A DNA stretch of 64,000 nt from NCBI GenBank assembly GCA_964460855.1, contig CAYWQH010000006.1:3232-67231 (forward strand). Reading direction: 5' to 3'. Below the pieces are notes generated by a model, which saw only the letters and a list, made by a program, of their open reading frames with translations, was not told the DNA's origin and made no database searches. This document shows positions 56,738 to 64,000 of the stretch, piece by piece; within the stretch, counting starts at the first letter, position 1, and each line of letters opens with the position of its first letter. Source of the DNA: an uncultured Candidatus Saccharibacteria bacterium (lineage in GTDB: Bacteria > Patescibacteriota > Saccharimonadia > Saccharimonadales > UBA10212). Both the position numbers and the translations under genes were made by a program.

Positions 56738-57772
56738 ATGAAACAAAAATTTAACAGGGTCCGCTCGCTCGGCCTTGCAGCCATATTGTCGCTATCGGTA
56801 GCGGCGCCTGCATTACTTGTGGCCGGCCAAGCCCAGGCTGCCGGACTGGACAGGGTCTTAGTCCGCTTCGACGAGATGTCGCAAAGCACGCCTACGACCG
56901 GTACGGTCTGCGCCCGGCCCACATCAACAACCACCGAAGACCACGTGCGCGTGGACTTCCCGGCCGGTTTTACGGTTAGTACAACTGCCGGAAACTGGAC
57001 GACCAACACAACCAACACTGCCTGGCCGTCAGGTGCCAATGCCTGGACTGGTATCGGTTCGCCGTCAATTGCCAGCCAAGCCGTTACTTTTACCAGCGCT
57101 GACTTAACACCTGGTACTCTTTACTGCTTCAACTGGGACAACAGCGCGGCTTTGAGCCAGCCTGGCAGCCCCGGTACTAACGAAGGCGGCTTTGTGACTA
57201 CCCGTAACACGGGAGTCGATATAGATACCGGTGCCTTTAGTACGGCTACCATCGTCAACGATACTATTACCGTTACTGCTACCGTTGCCCAAACTTTCAG
57301 CTTCGCCCTGAGTGGCACTACTGACCCGCTAGGCACATTGCCGACCGGATCGGTTACCACCAGCGGCACACCCCGTACCGTTACTGTAAATACCAACGCC
57401 GCCAACGGCTGGTTAGTATGGGGTAAAGACAGCCAAACCGGCTTGCACTCGACTTTAAACGGCCACACCATTGCGTCTGTTACGCCTGGCGTTGCCAGCA
57501 CTTTGTCGGCTGGAACAGAAGGCTATAATACCGGCATTGCCAATTCGCAAACCGGCGGCACCGGCACCATTACCGTAACCGCGGCTTACGCCGATGGCGG
57601 CCTTGGAACCGGAGCAGGCCTAAGCACCACCCTGCGCACTTTGGCTACTTCCAACGGAACCGCCAATGGCGCCGTACTGACTTTCAAGAACAACGTCGCA
57701 ATTTCGACCACTACCCAAGCCGCTACCGACTATCAGGACATAATTACCCTGACCGGCGCCGGACTGTTCTAG
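56738..57772 (+). CDS. Secreted surface protein, paralog A (C-terminal ...TQAATDYQDIITLTGAGLF)
   Basis: SD AGGAGG (56721-56726), signal peptide, conserved N-terminal block GLDRVLVRFDEMSQSTPTTGTVCARPTST. Confidence 0.5.
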   Translation: MKQKFNRVRSLGLAAILSLSVAAPALLVAGQAQAAGLDRVLVRFDEMSQSTPTTGTVCARPTSTTTEDHVRVDFPAGFTVSTTAGNWTTNTTNTAWPSGANAWTGIGSPSIASQAVTFTSADLTPGTLYCFNWDNSAALSQPGSPGTNEGGFVTTRNTGVDIDTGAFSTATIVNDTITVTATVAQTFSFALSGTTDPLGTLPTGSVTTSGTPRTVTVNTNAANGWLVWGKDSQTGLHSTLNGHTIASVTPGVASTLSAGTEGYNTGIANSQTGGTGTITVTAAYADGGLGTGAGLSTTLRTLATSNGTANGAVLTFKNNVAISTTTQAATDYQDIITLTGAGLF

Positions 57773-57834
57773 TCCCTGAGATAGATTTAAAATCGTAACA
57801 AAATTAATAGGAGTTTAGGGAGGTTCTCGCAACT

Positions 57835-58860
57835 ATGAATCCTTTACAAAGAACTAATAATATTGGTCTGGCAGCTTTACTAGTGCTAGCCATGTGTCTG
57901 GTTGCAATAGCTGCAGCCAGGCAGGTCAACGCCGCCGGCTTAGACCGCGTCCTGGTGCGCTTTGACGAAATGTCTCAAAGCACCGCCACCACAGGAACGG
58001 TTTGCGCCCGGCCCACTTCAACCGCCACCGAAGACCAAGTTAAAGTTACATTTCCGTCTGGCTACGTCTTAGGCGCCAACGGTACGTGGACAACTAATAC
58101 AACTAACACTGCGTGGCCGGCCAGCGCTAACGCCTGGACCGTAAGCTCACCATCGGTAAGCGGCCAGGATGTCACTTTTACCAGCGCTGACTTAACCGCC
58201 AACCAGCTTTACTGCTTTAACTGGACTAACAGCGCCGCTTTAACCCAACCGGGTAGCCCGGCAGTGAACGAGAGCGGATCGGTAACAACCTATGCGTCAG
58301 CGTCACCGGTAGATACCGGCAGTTTTGCTACAGCTACAATCGCTAACGACACCATAACGGTAACCGCCAGCGTATCGCAGACTTTCAGCTTTGCTTTAAG
58401 CGGCACTTCTGACGCTCTTGGAACTTTAGCTACCGGATCGGTTAACAGCAGCCCAACACCTAGGACAATTACTGTTGGCACCAACGCCGCCAATGGCTGG
58501 TTAGTTTGGGGCAAAGACAGTCAAACTGGCTTACACTCAACTTTTGCCAGCCATACTATCGCTTCGACAACCCCGGGATCTAATAGCACGATTACATCCG
58601 GTGCTGAAGGCTATAACACCGGCGTAACTAAGAACTCCCCAGGCGGAACCGGCACTTTAACCATTGCCGCGCCGTTTGTCGGCGGTTCTTCCGGCAAGGG
58701 CGGCGGTTTGGACACCACCCTGCGCACCGTAGTTACATCAGACGGCCCGAACTCCAACGCCGTGCTGACATTCACCAACAATGCAACAATTGCAACTACA
58801 ACCCAGGCCGCGACAGACTACACCGACGTCATCACCTTGACCGGTGCCGGCTTGTTCTAA
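57835..58860 (+). CDS. Secreted surface protein, paralog B (about 65% identical to paralog A)
   Basis: Same N-terminal block and the C-terminal ...TQAATDYTDVITLTGAGLF. SD GGGAGG. Confidence 0.5.
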   Translation: MNPLQRTNNIGLAALLVLAMCLVAIAAARQVNAAGLDRVLVRFDEMSQSTATTGTVCARPTSTATEDQVKVTFPSGYVLGANGTWTTNTTNTAWPASANAWTVSSPSVSGQDVTFTSADLTANQLYCFNWTNSAALTQPGSPAVNESGSVTTYASASPVDTGSFATATIANDTITVTASVSQTFSFALSGTSDALGTLATGSVNSSPTPRTITVGTNAANGWLVWGKDSQTGLHSTFASHTIASTTPGSNSTITSGAEGYNTGVTKNSPGGTGTLTIAAPFVGGSSGKGGGLDTTLRTVVTSDGPNSNAVLTFTNNATIATTTQAATDYTDVITLTGAGLF

Positions 58861-58888
58861 AAAATCAAACTCCTAATTTGATCCTAAA

Positions 58889-58914
58889 CTGCCCCTTTCC
58901 CGGGGCAGTTTTTT
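58889..58914 (+). terminator. Rho-independent terminator after the paralog pair
   Basis: CTGCCCC, loop TTTCCC, GGGGCAG, then TTTTTT. Confidence 0.7.
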
Positions 58915-58930
58915 GGTATACTTATGCTTA

Positions 58931-60037
58931 ATGAGTTGGAAAAAACTGATATCGGTCTATGTGCTGTTGAGCGTTGTGCTGACCGGCCTGGTTGCCGGCT
59001 TGTGGTCGGCCCACACCAACGCCCAGGACGCTAATTCCGGGCCTTTTAATATCCAGGTAACGCCGACTACTATTATCGAAACGGTTAAACCCGGCGAATC
59101 CAAAACCATTGAAATTAAAATCCATAACCAGGCCCAGCAGCCCGAACTGCTTAAAGCTGAGTTGCGTAATTTCCAAGTTAACCAGGATAACGGTGAGGTC
59201 CAGCTACTAAACACCCCGCCGCCGGACGTTAAAGATTGGGTAAGCTTTAGTGACCCGACGTTTACGGTGCAGCCCGGCGATTTTTTCACTGAACATATGA
59301 ATATAAACACGCCGCAAACCGCTGGCTTTAGTTATACCTTTGCCACGGTCATCAGCCGGGCCAACCCGCCCCAGCAGAAACCTGGTGCCCGCACCCTGGT
59401 TGGTTCGGTGGCCATATTTTCGCTGTTATCGGTCGACCGGCCGGGCGCCGTCCGCAAGTTCGAAGTCACCCAATTCAAAAGCACCCGTAACTTGTACGAA
59501 TACCTGCCGGCTACTTTCTCGATCAAAATCAAGAATACCGGCAACACTTTCGTCAGGCCGGTGGGCAATATCTTTATCCAGCGCGGCCCCAACTCGCCCA
59601 AATCGATTTCGACGCTGACCATAAACCAAAACGGTTCATACGTTTTGCCAAACACTACCCGCAGTTTCGCGACCGTCTGGAACGAAGGGTTTCCAAATTT
59701 TGAAGACGTTAAAGTCGCCGACAACGCCCCGGCCAAGCGGCAGCTGACCTGGGATTGGAGCAAGGCCCAAAACTTCCGCATCGGCCATTATAACGCCAAA
59801 ATGGTGGCTGTTTATAACGATGGCAAACGCGACATACCGGTAGAAGCGAGTATCGGCTTTTGGGTGCTGCCCTGGAAACTTTTAATTATCATGGCATTAG
59901 TAATCCTCATACTGTTGGTTGGTATCGGAACCATTTTCCGGCGGGCGTTTAAAACGGCGGCGCACCAGGCGGGCAGGCGGCGTACCGCCGCTGTCCACCG
60001 GCCAACGGATAACCACCACAGTGGCCCGCGCACTTAA
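58931..60037 (+). CDS. C-terminally membrane-anchored cell-surface protein (DUF916/CscA-like architecture, about 368 aa)
   Basis: Signal peptide, beta-rich ectodomain, C-terminal TM WKLLIIMALVILILLVGIGTIF plus a basic tail. The TTG at 58913 in the track lies inside the terminator T-tract, so ATG 58931 is preferred. Confidence 0.45.
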   Translation: MSWKKLISVYVLLSVVLTGLVAGLWSAHTNAQDANSGPFNIQVTPTTIIETVKPGESKTIEIKIHNQAQQPELLKAELRNFQVNQDNGEVQLLNTPPPDVKDWVSFSDPTFTVQPGDFFTEHMNINTPQTAGFSYTFATVISRANPPQQKPGARTLVGSVAIFSLLSVDRPGAVRKFEVTQFKSTRNLYEYLPATFSIKIKNTGNTFVRPVGNIFIQRGPNSPKSISTLTINQNGSYVLPNTTRSFATVWNEGFPNFEDVKVADNAPAKRQLTWDWSKAQNFRIGHYNAKMVAVYNDGKRDIPVEASIGFWVLPWKLLIIMALVILILLVGIGTIFRRAFKTAAHQAGRRRTAAVHRPTDNHHSGPRT

Positions 60038-61100
60038 AGCAAGCTTATTAGCGGTAGCGGTCATCTGGGTGGCCGTCCAAACCGTAGCCGGCCGGCCGGT
60101 TAGCGCCGTCCAGGGCACAACCGTATCACCCGGTTTTATCCGTTCCAGCCTGGCCGACGGCCAGAATCAACAAGACGAAACTGTCAGCGTCCGCAATGAT
60201 TACGACCAGGCCCTGGACTACACGGCCAGGATATCAGGAGAAAGCCAGGTAAACGGCCAAATGGTGCCCAGCAACCAGTCGGCCGACAGCCAGCTGGTTA
60301 AGGCCATCAGCCTGACTCCCGGTAGTTTCAACTTGTCTCCCGGTAATTCAATCAACGTAAAGCTTACTATTAATAATTCGCCGGATTTGAGCCCCGGCGG
60401 TCATTACGCCGCGTTAGTTATTGCCCAAGGATCGGGTAACGCCAAAATAGTCGGTTTGCAAGGCGCTGTTAGTGTCAGCATTTATGTGGTTAAAGAGGGT
60501 GGGGCGGTGCGCAGCATAACTGTAGCCGTACCGGGTGTTAACGGCTTGCGCCTGAGCTTACCAGAATTTATCGACCTGACTTTCCATAACACTGGCAATG
60601 TTGACGTCGTGCCCCGCGGCGCGGCCTTAATATCCGCCGGAAACCCCAATAACGTCTTCCGTAAGGCGGTCATCAACGACGGCTCGATACCGGTTTTTAC
60701 CGGCAACGACCTTAAAGTCCGCAGTAAATATACGGAGCTAAAGCCTATCCGCTGGCCCGGCCATTATTATTTAACACTAAACTACCGGTACGATGGCAGC
60801 GATGATACGCGCACAGTTAAGTACAGTTTCTGGTACATACCGGCTATCACGTTACTTTACTTGTTAATTATCATAGTATTACTTATTTTGGTAGTTCGCT
60901 GGCTTAAGCGGCGCCATTATTTAGGCCGGATAGGCGCGACACTGCGGCGCTGGCTGGGAATAAAGCCCAAGCGCCAGCCGCCTAAAAACCGGCCGCGCCA
61001 TTACCGGCCGCGGGTAATTTTGCGCGATTTTGCCGCCCAGGCCAAAGCCACGGCCGACAAACCCGGCAAAGACCCTAAAAAACCGGTGGAAAAAAAGTAA
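60019..61100 (+). CDS. C-terminally membrane-anchored cell-surface protein, paralogous architecture (about 360 aa)
   Basis: GTG 60019 gives a clean signal peptide MARALKASLLAVAVIWVAVQTVAG. C-terminal TM ITLLYLLIIIVLLILVV plus an Arg/Lys tail. The in-frame ORF opens at 59919, overlapping the upstream gene. Confidence 0.4.
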
Positions 61101-61157
61101 AAATAACCTGTTTTAAAGCTTGAGCGATATAGCATTTCAAGCTATTATTAAACGGTA

Positions 61158-63968
61158 ATGTTTCAGCAGCAATGGAGGGGTCACATTGTCTTGCTGGTTG
61201 TTTTGATAGCCAGTGTATTCGCTGGTATCTTTTTTATGAAGCCCCAAACGGCCCATGCCGGTATAAATCACCAGATTAATTTCCAGGGCAAGCTAACCAA
61301 CCCGGACGGCACCAACGTGGCCAACAGCACCTATTCGGTGCGTTTTCGCTTTTATAACGATGCTACCGCCGACGCGGCCAACGCCTGTTCGGCTAATAGT
61401 TGTTTGTGGGAAGAGACCCAGTCTGTTTCCACTACTGATGGTATATTTAACGTTTCTCTCGGGAGTTCCACGAGCCTGCCCGGGAGTGTAGATTTTAACA
61501 CCGCTTCCCTTTTCCTGGGGGTGAAGGTCGGCTCGGATACGGAGATGACCCCACGTATCCAGCTGACCGCCGCCCCCTATGCGTTTAATAGTGAGAGCCT
61601 GGGTGGCCTGGGCAAGTCTGCGTTCGTGCAGCTTGCCCAAGGCGTCCAGACAGACTCCAGCGCCAACGATTCGATTGCCATCGATAAAACCAATGCATCC
61701 GGCAATCTACTGCTGCTTAAGAAAAGCGGCGCGCCGGTAGTAACCATCGGCAATGCCGGGGCTACGCTGTTCCAAAACGCTACCGATTCGGCCAATGCCT
61801 TCCAAATTAAGAACTTAGGCGGTAAATCGTACTTTAACGTCGATACCCAAAACGCCAAGATTTCCATAGGTGATACGACCATTGCCGGAACCATTCAAAT
61901 TGGCAACTCAACCACCGGAGCCGTCGCCCAAACTATTAATATCGGCAATACCACCGCTAGCGGCGCGACCACTGCGATTAATATCGGCGCTACCGGTACT
62001 TCGCCGGCCGGTTCGACTATCAGCATCGGCACCACATCCGACACCACCGCCGCCCAGGCGATTGTTATCGGCAGCAATGCCAACGCCAGCAGCAGCGTTA
62101 CATTGCAGGGGCCGGTGGTCATTGCCAATGCCCAAAGCGGCAGCACGGCTACCTACTTATGTTTGAACGGCTCCAACCAGATAGCCAGCTGCTCGGCAAC
62201 GATTTCCGGCTCTGCCTTTATACAGGGCGGCAACGCTTTCACCGGTTTAACCGGCAGTACCGCTATATTTGGAACTACTACCGGTAACAGCCTGCAAATT
62301 AAGACCAATAACGTCGCCCGGGCGATTTTTGACCAAAGCAATAACTTGTTCGTCGGCAACGCCGATGCCACCGGTACGGCCAGCGCGCCAAACGACTTCA
62401 CTGTATCCGGCACCGGAAGCGCAACTGCCGGCACGACGGCCGGCAAACTAACAGTTAAGGGCGGCGCCGGAGCAACCACCGGAAACGGTTCGGCAGGCGG
62501 CGCCTTGGCTTTGAACGGGGGCAACGCCGGCGGCGCCAGCAATAACGCTGGTGGCAATGTTACAGTTTCCGGCGGCACGGCCACCGGTAACGCAGCTGGC
62601 GGCACCATAACTTTAGCCGGCGGATCCAGCCCCAGCGGCACTAACGGCGGCGTACTGATTAAAAACGCCGGCGATTCGACCAATGCCTTCCAGTTGCAGA
62701 ACGCGGCCGGTTACCAGCTGCTAAATGTCGACTCCACCTCCGACGCGTCTAATTTGATTACCAACGGCAGCTTCGAAGATAACACCACTCCGCCAACCGG
62801 CTGGACGGCTGCCAACGGCAGCGGAACTTCTACGCTTACATCGCAGCCATCATCAACCACCGCGCCGTACATCGGCCAATTCTCGATGCGCGACGTTACC
62901 AGTGGCGCTAACGCTTCCAACGCCGGCGCCCGCTGGAGCCGCAGCTTCACTAACTCCACGGTTTATTCCTTTACCTTGTATGCCAAAGCCTCTGGAGCCA
63001 ACTTCAGCACTTTTGAAATCGGCAACTCCAACAACAACTCTACCGATACTAACTGTTTGACGGCCCAAACGGTAGTTACCGGCGGTTGGACCAAATTCAG
63101 CTGTTCATTCACCTATACCGGTACCACCGGCACCAGCTATGTCTACTTAAAGCAAACTGACGCCACAGGCCGCACTTTTTATATCGACGGAGTAAAACTG
63201 GAAGCAGCCAGCACAGCAACGCCTTATAAAGATAGCGGCGTAACAATTAACGGTGTAGTTAATTCACCAACTGCCTTCCAAAACCAAAGCGACTCCACTA
63301 ACGCCTTGAGCGTCCAAAACTCGGCCGGCGCCATCCAGTTTTATATCGACACGGTCAATAGCCGCGTTGTAGTGGGTGACGGCGCTGCCGGTTCCAGCGT
63401 GACATTGCTACAGCTGGATAACAAAAATACTACCGGTGATCCGGCGACGGCCATCGGCGGCACTATGTATTACAACTCTTTCAGCAATACTTTTCGCTGT
63501 TACGAAAACGGCGCCTGGGGCGACTGTATTACACACCACAAGCTGGTGCTGGCAGTCGGCGGTGATGTAACGGATAACACCGGTAACTGTACGTTTACCA
63601 ACGTCACTAACTTTAACTTTACGGTTGCTAACGGCGTACAGGAGAGGTTCCACGCCACCATAATTTACACGGCCGCGGCCACAACTACCGGAATTGGTTT
63701 AGCCGCTAACGGCCCGGCCGCTTCACCTTTTGCCTATAGCTTTACATCTGCCTTAACTACAGCTACTTCCGGTGGTGGCGGCGGAACCGGTAACGACGGC
63801 AGTAGCTGTACCGCCTCATCCGTTTCGGCCGCTGCTACCGGTAATACGGCCGTACTCGACGGCTACATCCTGCCGTCGGCCGGCGGCACCCTTCAAATTA
63901 GTTTTGCCAGCGAGGTTAATAACTCGGCCATAGTTATCAAAGCCGGAAGTACGTTGGAGTGGTGGTAA
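61158..63968 (+). CDS. Large Ser/Thr/Gly/Ala/Asn-rich secreted adhesin or fibre-like protein ending in ...TLEWW (936 aa)
   Basis: N-terminal TM/signal, INFQGKLTNPDGTNVANSTYSVRFRFYND block, then long low-complexity beta-helix-like repeats. Confidence 0.5.
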   Translation: MFQQQWRGHIVLLVVLIASVFAGIFFMKPQTAHAGINHQINFQGKLTNPDGTNVANSTYSVRFRFYNDATADAANACSANSCLWEETQSVSTTDGIFNVSLGSSTSLPGSVDFNTASLFLGVKVGSDTEMTPRIQLTAAPYAFNSESLGGLGKSAFVQLAQGVQTDSSANDSIAIDKTNASGNLLLLKKSGAPVVTIGNAGATLFQNATDSANAFQIKNLGGKSYFNVDTQNAKISIGDTTIAGTIQIGNSTTGAVAQTINIGNTTASGATTAINIGATGTSPAGSTISIGTTSDTTAAQAIVIGSNANASSSVTLQGPVVIANAQSGSTATYLCLNGSNQIASCSATISGSAFIQGGNAFTGLTGSTAIFGTTTGNSLQIKTNNVARAIFDQSNNLFVGNADATGTASAPNDFTVSGTGSATAGTTAGKLTVKGGAGATTGNGSAGGALALNGGNAGGASNNAGGNVTVSGGTATGNAAGGTITLAGGSSPSGTNGGVLIKNAGDSTNAFQLQNAAGYQLLNVDSTSDASNLITNGSFEDNTTPPTGWTAANGSGTSTLTSQPSSTTAPYIGQFSMRDVTSGANASNAGARWSRSFTNSTVYSFTLYAKASGANFSTFEIGNSNNNSTDTNCLTAQTVVTGGWTKFSCSFTYTGTTGTSYVYLKQTDATGRTFYIDGVKLEAASTATPYKDSGVTINGVVNSPTAFQNQSDSTNALSVQNSAGAIQFYIDTVNSRVVVGDGAAGSSVTLLQLDNKNTTGDPATAIGGTMYYNSFSNTFRCYENGAWGDCITHHKLVLAVGGDVTDNTGNCTFTNVTNFNFTVANGVQERFHATIIYTAAATTTGIGLAANGPAASPFAYSFTSALTTATSGGGGGTGNDGSSCTASSVSAAATGNTAVLDGYILPSAGGTLQISFASEVNNSAIVIKAGSTLEWW

Positions 63969-64000
63969 TGATTAAGTTTATTTTCTGTCTTGTTGATATA

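Noticed and set aside
61116-61143. Inverted repeat AAGCTTGA-n13-TCAAGCT after the 60019-61100 gene as an intrinsic terminator
   Set aside because: Short AT-rich stem with no T-tract. It may simply be part of the promoter region of the 61158 gene.

Overview
This 64-kb window spans the chromosomal replication origin of a fairly GC-rich bacterium that appears to be monoderm. The syntenic core is recF-dnaN-dnaA (minus strand), DnaA-box clusters plus an AT-rich unwinding region, then rpmH-rnpA-yidC-jag (plus strand). A short YidC without a periplasmic domain, leaderless promoters, CHAP/M23/SLT wall hydrolases and a Gram-positive-style T4SS suggest a monoderm lineage, possibly a Patescibacteria/Saccharibacteria-like epibiont; this is inference. 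Left of the origin, between a 5'-truncated hsp20 and recF, lies a ~16.5-kb type IV secretion-like locus. It contains seven tandem VirB2/TrbC-like pilin paralogs, a VirB6/TrbL-like polytopic protein, a PrgI/VirB3-like protein, a VirB4 ATPase, two large wall hydrolases (M23 and SLT) and a membrane-anchored protein. No VirD4 coupling protein, relaxase, integrase or transposase is visible. The pilin paralogs are translationally coupled and carry hypervariable cysteine-rich ectodomains; I consider this the most novel feature. Right of the origin is a ~30-kb cell-wall glycan island. It holds rmlABCD, several GT2/GT4 glycosyltransferases, a Wzm/Wzt ABC exporter with a WbdD-like methyltransferase-kinase-coiled-coil chain terminator, an initiating polyprenyl-phosphate sugar transferase, a Wzy/ligase-like protein, a GtrA/GtrB/GT-C-like triad, a CHAP hydrolase, a LexA-DNA-binding-domain-only protein, a TylF-type O-methyltransferase and a PAP2 protein. 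The last ~10 kb encodes a small highly acidic peptide and a cell-surface gene cluster: a PKD-domain membrane protein, three secreted paralogs with a conserved C-terminal aromatic motif, two C-terminally anchored paralogs and a 936-aa Ser/Thr/Gly-rich adhesin-like protein. No tRNA, rRNA, CRISPR, transposase or integrase was recognised. Most reverse-strand or overlapping ORFs in the six-frame track lie inside long GC-rich genes and are treated as spurious.
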